Virus record (IMG/VR): IMGVR_UViG_3300008113_005947
Coordinates: 1-64,000 of that record
Reading direction: 5' to 3' (one strand)
Source: a virus
Length of the DNA stretch: 64,000 nucleotides
Shown: positions 1 through 9,387 of the stretch, piece after piece
Layout of the letters: every line of letters begins with the position of its first letter
Position numbering within the stretch: position 1 is the stretch's first letter
The notes under the pieces: generated by a model
The model's database searches: none
Seen by the model: the letters and a program-made list of their open reading frames with translations, nothing else
Told to the model about the DNA's origin: nothing
Made by a program: the position numbers and the translations under genes

Positions 1-82
1 TGAATTTCATGTATCCTGTCCGCCCGTTTACTACTGTTTATAGTGTGTAGTGTAGACCTCGTTCCTACATTTTAACACTTGG

Positions 83-244
83 TTAGATTTTAAGCAGTTT
101 ATCTGCTTTCTGTACTAACTCTACATAATTAAGAACACGTTTTAGTTTGTCCTCAATCAATTTTTTCTTTTGTTCCTCTGACATTACGTGATTCTTAAAC
201 CAATTCGTTTTGTCAGAAGAAACCGATTCTATATCCTTTTTCAA
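83..244 (-). CDS. Small hypothetical protein (53 aa, MKKDIESVSSDKTNWFKNHVMSEEQKKKLIEDKLKRVLNYVELVQKADKLLKI)
   Basis: Read manually on the minus strand: TTG start at 244 (alternative ATG at 184), TAA at 85-83. Charged, helical-looking sequence. Not in the ORF track. Confidence 0.4.
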   Translation of the reverse strand: MKKDIESVSSDKTNWFKNHVMSEEQKKKLIEDKLKRVLNYVELVQKADKLLKI

Positions 245-280
245 TTTCTGTCAATTTCCTTTGTTGTTTTTTTGCTACAT

Positions 281-319
281 AAACAAAAACCCCTGAGACT
301 TTTTAGTTTCCCAGGGGTT
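281..319 (-). terminator. Rho-independent terminator / attenuator hairpin
   Basis: Minus strand AACCCCTGGGAAACTAAAAAGTCTCAGGGGTTTTTGTTT: AACCCCTG/CAGGGGTT stem followed by a U-tract. Confidence 0.8.
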
Positions 320-346
320 AAAATAATTTGTTATGATGCTAACTTG

Positions 347-487
347 TTATTCCGTTCCCCGGGCCTCTTGCTCATTGTCATTTGTGCCGCGAATACTTGT
401 AGGATATGCTGGTGTAAATGAGGCTAAGGCTACTCTAGACCATAGTCCCATATGTTTGTTCAGCGATATACAAGTTTTATTCATCAT
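347..487 (-). CDS. Putative leader peptide (46 aa, MMNKTCISLNKHMGLWSRVALASFTPAYPTSIRGTNDNEQEARGTE)
   Basis: Short ORF between the tandem promoters and the terminator hairpin. Its stop lies about 27 nt upstream of the hairpin. Confidence 0.45.
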   Translation of the reverse strand: MMNKTCISLNKHMGLWSRVALASFTPAYPTSIRGTNDNEQEARGTE

Positions 488-563
488 AGTCTTTTATTTA
501 GTCCTGGTTTCAATTTCTCTATTTTTAAGTCGCTTTTAGGCGCCTTTTTCAATTCATGTATGA

Positions 564-592
564 AGTATAGCACCATTGTACTTATACGTCAA
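564..592 (-). promoter_or_regulatory. Sigma70-type promoter, copy 1
   Basis: Minus strand TTGACG-N17-TATACT (-35 at 592-587, -10 at 569-564). Confidence 0.8.
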
Positions 593-651
593 TACCCTTG
601 TTGCCCATTTACAACACATCGTTACCAACGTGTTTTTCAATTCATGTATGA

Positions 652-680
652 AGTATAGCACCATTGTGATTATACGTCAA
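652..680 (-). promoter_or_regulatory. Sigma70-type promoter, copy 2
   Basis: Minus strand TTGACG-N17-TATACT (-35 at 680-675, -10 at 657-652). Confidence 0.8.
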
Positions 681-724
681 CCTTCTGTTTACCCAATATT
701 TATTGTATATGATCCTGTATGTAA

Positions 725-732
725 AATAAATA
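725..732 (+). promoter_or_regulatory. T4-late-like promoter (AATAAATA)
   Basis: Lies 5 nt before ATG 738 at the head of an operon. Resembles the T4 late consensus TATAAATA. Confidence 0.5.
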
Positions 733-737
733 TTGAT

Positions 738-2330
738 ATGATATTCAAAACCTCAAACTACCCTGTAGTATTCCTAAGCTACCACGAACCTAATAAGGAA
801 GAAAACTTCAAACGTTTATTAGAAGTGTGTCCTAATGCCAAACGAGTTGACAACATTAAGGGTAGTGACAATGCACATAAGAATGTAGCAAGTCTAGTTA
901 AAGATTTGAGTACACATGTTATTATAGTGGATGGTGATAACTATGTCAAGGATGATTTTCTAAAAGTGGAAATAAACATCCTAGATTCTACCGACATAAA
1001 CAACCATGTAATCAGTTTCAGTGGGTACAATGTTTTAAACGGTAACTTGTATGGGAACGGGGGAGTCAAGGTCTGGCCTATAAAACTCATTGAGAATATG
1101 GCTACACATGAAAATAGCGTTGATCCAAATAGTGTAGACTTTGATTTTAAATCCTATTTACAACTGAATCGTAGCATTAGCGACATAAACATACACTCTA
1201 GTCCATTGCAAGCATGGAGAAGCGGGTTTCGTGAGGGCATAAAACTATGCTTAGAGAACAACAAATTTGTTGGTAAACTAAGTGATATCAATTGGAAAAA
1301 CTATGAAAGACTATGGAGATGGATGCATTTGGGTGCAGACGTTGAGAATGGTATATGGGCTATCATGGGAGCAAGATTGGGCGTATATTTAAGTATGGTC
1401 AGCCCAGACTATGACATAGGAATCATACGTGATTTTGAAAAATTGAATTGGTTGTTTAGCGAAGAATATGAAAAGTACAAAACGAATCCATTAGAAGAAT
1501 GCAATAGATTGGGTACGTTAATTAGAAACAAAGCCAATGATACTAGAATACTAAACGTTTTTTCTGAGAATGACAGTAAAGAATACAAACAAAATGTTAA
1601 GCCTACATTGCGTAGTTTAGAAACATTTATCAAATACAAATATAATCCACCATATGATGTTGTATTCATAAGTTACAATGAACCAAATGCTGATGAAAAT
1701 TTTGAGTTATTAAAAACTTTTGCGCCAAAAGCAAAAAGAGTTGATGGTGTTAAGGGTATTCATAACGCACACATCGAGGCTGCAAAATTAACCACTAGTG
1801 ATTACTTTTGGGTCATTGACGGTGATGCTGTTATTATGCCTGACTTTGAGTTTGAGTATAATATAGATTTCTTTCAACAACCAAGAGTAAGAGTTTGGCG
1901 TAGTAAGAATCCAATCAATGAATTAATATATGGGTTTGGTGGTGTTAAGTTGCTACCCAGATTCCTAACACTACACATGCGTACAGACAAGCCTGATATG
2001 ACTACTAGCATATCTGATTTGTACGAGCCTGTATTCAAACTAAGTAACGTTACCAAATTTAATACTGATCCTTTCTCTACATGGCGTAGTGCTTTTAGAG
2101 AGTGTGCTAAACTAAGCAGTCAAGTTATTGACAGACAGGAATCGCAAGAGACACAGGAAAGATTAGATACATGGTGTACAGTTGGCATAGATAAACCATA
2201 CGGTAAATATGCAATTGAGGGTGCTATAGCTGGTAGAGAATATGGCACAAAATTTAAAGGCAATCTGGAAGAACTTAGAAAGATTAATGATTTTGTCTGG
2301 CTAAGAGAACAGTATGACAAACTTCACTGA
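738..2330 (+). CDS. Tandem two-domain GT-A/GT2-like glycosyltransferase
   Basis: Two homologous halves (VVFxSYxEPNxxENF...AKRVDxxKG..NAH...VxDGD...YGxGGVK...WRSxFRE), each with a DxD (DGD) motif. Start moved from 576 to ATG 738 because 576-737 is the promoter repeat region. Confidence 0.6.
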   Translation: MIFKTSNYPVVFLSYHEPNKEENFKRLLEVCPNAKRVDNIKGSDNAHKNVASLVKDLSTHVIIVDGDNYVKDDFLKVEINILDSTDINNHVISFSGYNVLNGNLYGNGGVKVWPIKLIENMATHENSVDPNSVDFDFKSYLQLNRSISDINIHSSPLQAWRSGFREGIKLCLENNKFVGKLSDINWKNYERLWRWMHLGADVENGIWAIMGARLGVYLSMVSPDYDIGIIRDFEKLNWLFSEEYEKYKTNPLEECNRLGTLIRNKANDTRILNVFSENDSKEYKQNVKPTLRSLETFIKYKYNPPYDVVFISYNEPNADENFELLKTFAPKAKRVDGVKGIHNAHIEAAKLTTSDYFWVIDGDAVIMPDFEFEYNIDFFQQPRVRVWRSKNPINELIYGFGGVKLLPRFLTLHMRTDKPDMTTSISDLYEPVFKLSNVTKFNTDPFSTWRSAFRECAKLSSQVIDRQESQETQERLDTWCTVGIDKPYGKYAIEGAIAGREYGTKFKGNLEELRKINDFVWLREQYDKLH

Positions 2331-3282
2331 AATACCCTTTAATAATATAATTAAATTTGGTCAAGAAACTATGCTGGATAAAAATTTATTCAGCGTTAGT
2401 TGGATACTGGGCAGATTCTGTAACTACAAGTGTAGTTATTGTTGGCCCTATGCCAACAGTCAAACACCTGACCATCAAGAATTAGAAATATATACCAGCA
2501 CAATAGATAACATTAGAATGCAAGCTAGTAACAATGGCTATACAAAGTTTCATTGGAGCTTTAGCGGAGGTGAACCTACAGCATACAAACACTTTTTAGT
2601 ACTAGCAGAAAAGGTATTGTTTGATAGTATACACATGACTACTAACTTAAGCCCAGGCATTCAATGGTGGGAACGTTGGTTGAAGTCAACAGTGTTAAGC
2701 AGGCGACGTAGTATTACCGCTAGCTTTCACCACGAGTTTGCAGATGAAAAAGAGTTTGGTGATAAGATATTATACTTGATGGAACGTGGTGTATTAGTAA
2801 CTATAAATCAAGTGATGGTACCTGAACAATTTGTAGACTTGTATATTAGATGTAAACGATTCAGTGAGCGAGGAATCAATGTAACATTAAAGCCACAGAC
2901 TGACCCAACTGCCAGTCACATAGTAGACGGTTACACTGAAGATATGATGAACTTGATGCGTACAGGATTCCCGCAATATACAGTAGACCAGGAAGTATTG
3001 CAGGTTAAACTGATTGATAATGAACAAAAGGTATGGTATATTGACCAAGCAGAACGATTGAATAGTTTTGGATTCAATAAGTTTAATGGTTGGGTGTGTA
3101 ATAGTGGCTATCAGGGTATTGTGATACGTGAGAATGAAGTCAAGCGTAGTTATAGTTGCCATGATGAAATACTAGGTACATTAGATAAAGGCTTCACTAT
3201 TTTTACTGAACCAAAAGAATGTATCACACCTACTTGTATGAGTAGTGCAGATAGCAAGATTCCAAAGGTTAAGCATGAGTAG
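2314..3282 (+). CDS. Radical SAM protein with C-terminal Cys-rich (twitch/SPASM-like) region
   Basis: CNYKCSYC (CxxxCxxC), SGGEP, TTN, C-terminal CNSG...SC...CITPTC. Confidence 0.9.
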   Translation: MTNFTEIPFNNIIKFGQETMLDKNLFSVSWILGRFCNYKCSYCWPYANSQTPDHQELEIYTSTIDNIRMQASNNGYTKFHWSFSGGEPTAYKHFLVLAEKVLFDSIHMTTNLSPGIQWWERWLKSTVLSRRRSITASFHHEFADEKEFGDKILYLMERGVLVTINQVMVPEQFVDLYIRCKRFSERGINVTLKPQTDPTASHIVDGYTEDMMNLMRTGFPQYTVDQEVLQVKLIDNEQKVWYIDQAERLNSFGFNKFNGWVCNSGYQGIVIRENEVKRSYSCHDEILGTLDKGFTIFTEPKECITPTCMSSADSKIPKVKHE

Positions 3283-3949
3283 GTTAATATCGTTTGGATG
3301 TTCAATGACATATGGACAAGCATTACCTGATTGTTTTACAACACAATATGGTTTTGGTCTTAACCCTAGTAAGTATTCATGGGTATCTCTTGTTGCAAAG
3401 ACAGTTAACTTAGAATGTGTAAATCTTGCTAAGCCTGGTTCGAGTAACAAGCGCATAGCACATGACATACTTAATTATAAATTTTTAGATGATGACACGG
3501 TATTCATTCAATGGACATACCCTAATCGTACATCAGTAATTGATAATAAGCACAACGTGTATAATATACTACCTCAACACACAGACATAAAATCTCAGGT
3601 ATATTACAAAGAACTTCATTCAGAATATGATTCAATACTTCAATCTAAACTGTACATCAGTAGTATAAATATGTTGCTAAAATCCAAGAACCTTAAGGTA
3701 TATAATCTATTGTTAAAGAAAGAATACACAGACTGCTTAAATCTTTCAGGATTGATTACTGAACATATACCTTTATATTTAGATGAGTATGAAAGAGCAT
3801 ACCCTAGAGCATTAGATAAATGCCATATAGGCATTGAGGGTAACAGTATGTTTGCAAAACATTTACTAGAACACCTAGATGTTGATAATAGTTTACCAAC
3901 ATACAAGAAACTAACCCTTATGCAAAAAATATTCAGAGATAGGAAGTAA
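3275..3949 (+). CDS. SGNH/GDSL-like hydrolase or acyltransferase
   Basis: FGCSMTYG (block I), NLAKPGSSN (block II), C-terminal DxxH (LDKCH). Probable ATG at 3275. Confidence 0.65.
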   Translation: MSRLISFGCSMTYGQALPDCFTTQYGFGLNPSKYSWVSLVAKTVNLECVNLAKPGSSNKRIAHDILNYKFLDDDTVFIQWTYPNRTSVIDNKHNVYNILPQHTDIKSQVYYKELHSEYDSILQSKLYISSINMLLKSKNLKVYNLLLKKEYTDCLNLSGLITEHIPLYLDEYERAYPRALDKCHIGIEGNSMFAKHLLEHLDVDNSLPTYKKLTLMQKIFRDRK

Positions 3950-3950
3950 C

Positions 3951-4550
3951 ATGAAAATAGATACAGAACATTTGCACTTTTGGATGTGTGCTATCAGGGA
4001 AAGTAATAGCCCAATGCGTACACTAGATGCATTTTGGAGTGGACAACTTAAAAGCAAAGAGTGGCTAATAGATTGTTTAGATGAACATGTACACTACAGT
4101 TCGTCTATTGATATTCACGGTGGTTGGGTAGGTGTACTAGCTAGCATGATATTTCAAAGCAATATCCCTGTAAGATATATTCGTAGTGTAGACATTGACC
4201 CATTATGCGAACATGTTGCTACCATGATGAACAAGATAGAAGAACAAGATGGTAGATTTAGAGCAATCACCGGTGATATGTGTACAGTGCCTATTCACGG
4301 AGATGTTGTTATTAATACCAGTTGCGAACATATTACGCAAGAACAGTATGAGTTATGGCTTAACAATGTACCAAACAATTGTTTAATCGTATTGCAAAGT
4401 AACGATTATAAAATACCCGAACATATTAGAACATGTATGACATTACAAGAGTTTGAAGAACAATCACATATAAACAAACTATACAGTGGTAGCTTAAAAC
4501 TGCCTTTATATACCAGACACATGATTATAGGGAAGAAATGTATAGTATAA
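3951..4550 (+). CDS. Class I SAM-dependent methyltransferase-like protein
   Basis: IHGGWVG motif I-like, SVDID acidic end of beta2, GDM, VINTSCEH. Confidence 0.7.
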   Translation: MKIDTEHLHFWMCAIRESNSPMRTLDAFWSGQLKSKEWLIDCLDEHVHYSSSIDIHGGWVGVLASMIFQSNIPVRYIRSVDIDPLCEHVATMMNKIEEQDGRFRAITGDMCTVPIHGDVVINTSCEHITQEQYELWLNNVPNNCLIVLQSNDYKIPEHIRTCMTLQEFEEQSHINKLYSGSLKLPLYTRHMIIGKKCIV

Positions 4551-5506
4551 ACGATATAGAGGTACTGCACTTAGAGATTACTAATAAGTGTCAAGCAAGC
4601 TGTCCGATGTGTGCAAGAAACTTACAGGGCGGAGTTGACAATCCATTTATGAATTTGAGTGAGATTAAACTTGAACAGTTTAAATCTTGGTTCAGTGTAG
4701 ACTTTATTAAAAGATTAGCTAAAGTTTATATGTGCGGCAATCTAGGTGATCCTATATTAGCCAAAGATACAATAGACATATTTCGTTATTGCAGAGAACA
4801 TAATCCAGATATCTGGTTAAGTATGAATACTAACGGTAGTGCGAGAACATCTGAGTTCTGGAAAGAACTAGCAAATTTGCGTGTAACTGTGAGATTTGGT
4901 ATTGATGGATTAGAAGATACTCACAAACTCTATCGTAGAAATACAGTCTGGAACAACATAATTAACAATGCAAAAACATTCATTGACAATGGTGGTGAAG
5001 CAATATGGGATATGCTTATATTTGAACACAATCAACATCAAGTAGAAGAATGTCGTGAGTTATCTAATACGATGAAGTTCATTGATTTTGTACCCAAACA
5101 TACATCACGTTTTAAAGAAAACAAACTAGATGTACTAGATGTTCAGGGCAAAGTTGAGTACACTTTATATCCTAGTGTTAAAAGCAAAGAGATATCTAAT
5201 CGTGTTATCAATATTCTACCTAGTGATATCAATTGCAAAGTAAAGCATGGTAGTTTATATATTACAAGTAACGGAGTAGTTACGCCCTGTTGCTGGCTGG
5301 GCATAGATGAGTTACCAATGATAAACCCTAGCAGAATAGACTATATGAATAAGATAGGAGAGTTTTATTCTCTGCACAAATATTCATTAGAAGAAATATT
5401 TGCATCAAAATTATTTGACCGTATCAGTGATACATGGATAGATAATCCTTTATTAGAATGTAGCAAACAATGTGGAAGTTATGACAAATTCAATAGCCAA
5501 TTCTAA
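4538..5506 (+). CDS. Radical SAM protein with C-terminal SPASM/twitch domain
   Basis: CQASCPMC, CGNLGDP, NTNG, GIDG, C-terminal GVVTPCC...CSKQC. Confidence 0.9.
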   Translation: MYSINDIEVLHLEITNKCQASCPMCARNLQGGVDNPFMNLSEIKLEQFKSWFSVDFIKRLAKVYMCGNLGDPILAKDTIDIFRYCREHNPDIWLSMNTNGSARTSEFWKELANLRVTVRFGIDGLEDTHKLYRRNTVWNNIINNAKTFIDNGGEAIWDMLIFEHNQHQVEECRELSNTMKFIDFVPKHTSRFKENKLDVLDVQGKVEYTLYPSVKSKEISNRVINILPSDINCKVKHGSLYITSNGVVTPCCWLGIDELPMINPSRIDYMNKIGEFYSLHKYSLEEIFASKLFDRISDTWIDNPLLECSKQCGSYDKFNSQF

Positions 5507-6791
5507 AACATTCTGTCCATTACCTTTTATACATATGGCAACACGACCTAACGGTGATGTTCGATTATGTTGTACCAGCAATGCATCGGGTGCTGGTATT
5601 GTTGACAGCAAAGAAATAGGACTTGTAAAGCGTGATGGAATCAATATGAATCTACGTCAGCATACTATAGAAGAAGTATGGAACAGTGAATACATGCGTG
5701 ATACTAGAATACAAATGCGTGACGGAGTTGTACCTGATAGTTGTAAGAAGTGTTTTGTAGAAGAAAGTCACGGTATTAAAAGCAAACGCTATTGGGAAAC
5801 TGAAGTTTGGAAAGAAAGAATTGACCTAGATAGTGCGGTCAACAAGATGAGTATAGATGGTAGTATGCCCATTGATATTCCTTATTTTGATTTACGTTTA
5901 GGCAATCTATGTAATTTAAAATGCATTATGTGTAGCCCGCATGATAGCAGTAGTTGGATTAAAGATTGGAAGATACAATCTCCACAGTATAAAAATATCA
6001 TACTACGTGAGGATCAGGGCTGGGATAGAACTATGGATTACACATGGTACCAAAAGGGTTCGTTCTTAGAATCAATGCGTACTCAAGCACAGTATATCAA
6101 AGAACTATACTTTGCCGGCGGTGAACCATTATTGATACCAGAACACTATAACATACTAGAGTTTATGGTGTCTGAAGGTCACGCAAAAAATTGCATATTG
6201 CGATATAACAGTAACGGCACAGAGATTAATGAGAAGTTGTTAGAGTTGTGGAGTCACTTTAAATTAGTTAAGTTTAACTTTAGCATTGATGCATACAAAG
6301 ATAAAAACGATTATATACGTTATCCTAGCAAATGGGAAGAGATAGAAAAGAACTTACATATACTTGATAACACCGGAGACAATATTATAGTGAATGTTGC
6401 ATGTGCTGTGCAAGCATTGAATATACTATACTTAGATGAATTAGTAGACTGGAAGATGAGTCAGAATTTTAAGAAGGTTAATAGAAAAGATTATGGTGCA
6501 GGACTTATTGGATTACATTTAGTATATCTGCCTAGCTATATGAATGTGCGTGTCTTACCATATAATCTTAAGGTAAAAGCAACAAAACATATATACAATC
6601 TAATTGAAAAATATGATAGTAAAGAGTTTGAATATGACCCATACGGAAAGCAACGATGGTTAGGGTTAGTAAAATATATGAAGGATGAAGACTGGTCAGG
6701 TAAATTACCTGCATTGATTGAATACCTAGAGATAACAGATAAAACTCGCAATACAGATTATAGAAAAACATTTATAGATTTAATATTATGA
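5481..6791 (+). CDS. Radical SAM protein with N-terminal twitch/SPASM-like domain
   Basis: N-terminal FCPLPF...GDVRLCC...CKKC, core CNLKCIMC, AGGEP, NSNG, SID. ATG at 5481. Confidence 0.9.
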   Translation: MTNSIANSKTFCPLPFIHMATRPNGDVRLCCTSNASGAGIVDSKEIGLVKRDGINMNLRQHTIEEVWNSEYMRDTRIQMRDGVVPDSCKKCFVEESHGIKSKRYWETEVWKERIDLDSAVNKMSIDGSMPIDIPYFDLRLGNLCNLKCIMCSPHDSSSWIKDWKIQSPQYKNIILREDQGWDRTMDYTWYQKGSFLESMRTQAQYIKELYFAGGEPLLIPEHYNILEFMVSEGHAKNCILRYNSNGTEINEKLLELWSHFKLVKFNFSIDAYKDKNDYIRYPSKWEEIEKNLHILDNTGDNIIVNVACAVQALNILYLDELVDWKMSQNFKKVNRKDYGAGLIGLHLVYLPSYMNVRVLPYNLKVKATKHIYNLIEKYDSKEFEYDPYGKQRWLGLVKYMKDEDWSGKLPALIEYLEITDKTRNTDYRKTFIDLIL

Positions 6792-7435
6792 ACACTGAAC
6801 AAGCACTATTATGGAACAGTCTATGTAACCTAGGACAGTTAACAAAACTTAAATTAAACTTTAATGGGTACGATGTTGTAAACAAGCTAGAACAATATAA
6901 AGATAACTGGTGTCCATATAACACAAAGAAAGATAAAGTGAATAACCGCTGGGGATTACCTTTAACTAGTTTTGACGGTGACATTACTAGCAATCAACAC
7001 TTAAACAGTTTTGGATATATGCAACGATATCATGGACAAGAGTATAAAGAAGAGGACTTCAATATACCTACAGTAGCGTATGAACAGTTAAATGAGATAC
7101 AAAATATTGTAGATATATTCAAGCCATATCTCGGCAGAGTGCATATATTAAGAATAGACCAAGGAGGGTATTTCCCGCCGCATAGAGACTTCCCTGGACC
7201 AGATCCCGAGTACGTTAGATTGTTCAGCGTATTTGGTAAGAGCAAGCCAGAGAACTATTCATTTATATTAGACGGGAAACTTATAAATCCTGATAACGGA
7301 TATATGTATTTTGCAAACTTTCAATTGGATCATAGTGTGTTTAGTTATAGCGACGGTGTTTATATATTAATAGTGACTATAAAAATTAATAGACACACCC
7401 ATGATTTGATATTAAAACATAGTATGTCAGAATGA
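6788..7435 (+). CDS. AspH-like Fe(II)/2-oxoglutarate oxygenase
   Basis: GRVHILRIDQGGYFPPHRD (HxD) with a distal His (DHSV); double-stranded beta-helix pattern. Confidence 0.7.
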   Translation: MNTEQALLWNSLCNLGQLTKLKLNFNGYDVVNKLEQYKDNWCPYNTKKDKVNNRWGLPLTSFDGDITSNQHLNSFGYMQRYHGQEYKEEDFNIPTVAYEQLNEIQNIVDIFKPYLGRVHILRIDQGGYFPPHRDFPGPDPEYVRLFSVFGKSKPENYSFILDGKLINPDNGYMYFANFQLDHSVFSYSDGVYILIVTIKINRHTHDLILKHSMSE

Positions 7436-8331
7436 TTAGTTACGAAGATACCAATAAAGAAAACTGGTTCCTAGTCAGTTGGACATTAAGTAACAAATGC
7501 AATTATCGTTGCAGTTATTGCCCTGACCATTTACATAACGGTAGTACAGGTCAGCCCCGATGGGATACTGTAGAACGATTTATACGTGAATTCAAAGTAG
7601 ACAAAGATATATGCTATCGTATATCAGGTGGCGAACCCACATATTGGAAACATTTTATTGACATGGCTAAACTAGTAAAAGAGTCTGGGCATACATTTAG
7701 CTTTATGACGAATGGTAGTCAGTCAACTGAATATTATAAATCTATTAGTGAATATACTGACGGGATGATTATAAGTTATCACCCAGAATTTGCAGACGTT
7801 GAACATATTATTGATATTGCTAATAATGTATCATGCCCAATAGCATTAAATCTAATGATGGTTAAAGATAATTTTGATGAGTTATATAATATCGCAACAT
7901 ATATCTATAACAATACAGAAAGATTAGCTATCTGGCCTAAAGTAATATTAGATAAATCAGACCCAGATAATATCACTAATGAACCTAGTGACTATACTGA
8001 ATCGCAATTAGAAACAATAAAGAACTGGCCCTACTTCCGCAAATTAGATGATAGTAAATTACATCGTGGGAACATATTATTAGACAATATAAAGATTGAC
8101 GCAAACCAATTAATATTAAAAGGACTTAACAGACATAAGCATTGGAACTGTTATGGCGGATTAGATATGATTAATATTGATATGTGGGGCAATATGTATC
8201 GTAGTGATTGTAAGAACGGTGGACCATTAGGTAACATAGAACGCTATGGGTTACCTATTATACCCATACGTTGTGAGATGGATACTTGTAATTGTCTAAG
8301 TGATATTTACTTAAGAAAAGTAAGGACTTAA
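7432..8331 (+). CDS. Radical SAM protein (paralog of 2314-3282)
   Basis: VSWTL..CNYRCSYC, SGGEP, MTNG, C-terminal Cys cluster CEMDTCNC. Confidence 0.9.
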   Translation: MISYEDTNKENWFLVSWTLSNKCNYRCSYCPDHLHNGSTGQPRWDTVERFIREFKVDKDICYRISGGEPTYWKHFIDMAKLVKESGHTFSFMTNGSQSTEYYKSISEYTDGMIISYHPEFADVEHIIDIANNVSCPIALNLMMVKDNFDELYNIATYIYNNTERLAIWPKVILDKSDPDNITNEPSDYTESQLETIKNWPYFRKLDDSKLHRGNILLDNIKIDANQLILKGLNRHKHWNCYGGLDMINIDMWGNMYRSDCKNGGPLGNIERYGLPIIPIRCEMDTCNCLSDIYLRKVRT

Positions 8332-9387
8332 TTCAGGGCAGACAGTTAGTATATCTGTACCCCTAAGTTCATCTAATGCACGTGTATAATTAACAAAGGT
8401 ATCTACATGACATATCATATTAGTATCATGTTTATATTCAGTACCGTGCAATATCTCACTAGATAACAACGTAGGATTTAGATATTCTGGGGTAGTTACT
8501 ACATTATTAAAGTATATTTCATAATTGTCTAATTTTATTTTATCAAACCAATCATAGACATTTTTAGTGTGGCAGACATTATAAGTCATTACAGTGCCCG
8601 CAAATATCACACGGTCAAACTTTCTAAAGTGATATACGTTATCTATAAACTGTTCAAAACTATATTGTTTTCCACCACGGATATAATCATAGAGTTTCCC
8701 TACTGCTTCAATGCTTATATGCCATTTAGTTTTAAACTGTAACGCAAGTTCCTCAAACTCTTTATTGGGCACAGTACCATTCGTGCTGATATCTAATGTT
8801 ATCTGCTTGTTTAGATTTAAATCAATTAGTTTCTGTAACAGTTTAATATTGTCGGGCTCCATATATGGTTCGCCCCCTTTAATGTTAACATACTGTAGAT
8901 TCTTAAAATAGCTAGGATATTCAAATAGTTTATCTATTATGTTTGGCTTTACTATTCTATATCCAAAGTCGGGATGATTAATTGGGCGGTCAAAGCCTAG
9001 TTCAGATAACTTAATATCTTCCTTTACCCATGCTGTACTATTAACTCCCGAACACATCACACACTTTAAATTACATATATTACTGATATTAACTTCTAAG
9101 AATCGTATATCATTAGCATATGTTCTAGGGGTATCGTGTAGTACTTGGTCAAAGAAAATACGTCTGCTGTGTCCATTGATATTCTCTTTACTACTACATT
9201 GATTACAGTCGGGAGGTAGTACACCCTTTTTAATACTAAGTTGAGTTGATAATAACCCCGGATGTTGCATAATACTAGGTAAATGGTCTTCATTTAGATT
9301 TCCATTGCGCCCTGTATATACGCAATCAGGAGTTACATCCCCATTAAATCTAACTGCAATTGCTTTCCATGGAGCTAGACATTTCAT
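8311..9387 (-). CDS. Radical SAM protein with N-terminal twitch/SPASM-like domain
   Basis: CLAPW...GDVTPDC...CNQC, core CNLKCVMC, KGGEP, STNG. Confidence 0.9.
   Translation of the reverse strand: MKCLAPWKAIAVRFNGDVTPDCVYTGRNGNLNEDHLPSIMQHPGLLSTQLSIKKGVLPPDCNQCSSKENINGHSRRIFFDQVLHDTPRTYANDIRFLEVNISNICNLKCVMCSGVNSTAWVKEDIKLSELGFDRPINHPDFGYRIVKPNIIDKLFEYPSYFKNLQYVNIKGGEPYMEPDNIKLLQKLIDLNLNKQITLDISTNGTVPNKEFEELALQFKTKWHISIEAVGKLYDYIRGGKQYSFEQFIDNVYHFRKFDRVIFAGTVMTYNVCHTKNVYDWFDKIKLDNYEIYFNNVVTTPEYLNPTLLSSEILHGTEYKHDTNMICHVDTFVNYTRALDELRGTDILTVCPELSPYFS

Larger units (their letters stand above)
545..680. repeat. 48-bp direct repeat (545-592 and 633-680, 2 mismatches, 88-bp period)
   Basis: tttttcaattcatgtatgaagtatagcaccattgt(ac/ga)ttatacgtcaa occurs twice. 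Confidence 0.95.

Noticed and set aside
576-737. N-terminal extension of the 584-aa ORF and small plus-strand ORFs at 188-658
   Set aside because: The region is occupied by minus-strand promoter repeats, the leader and the terminator. Homology between the two GT halves begins only after ATG 738.
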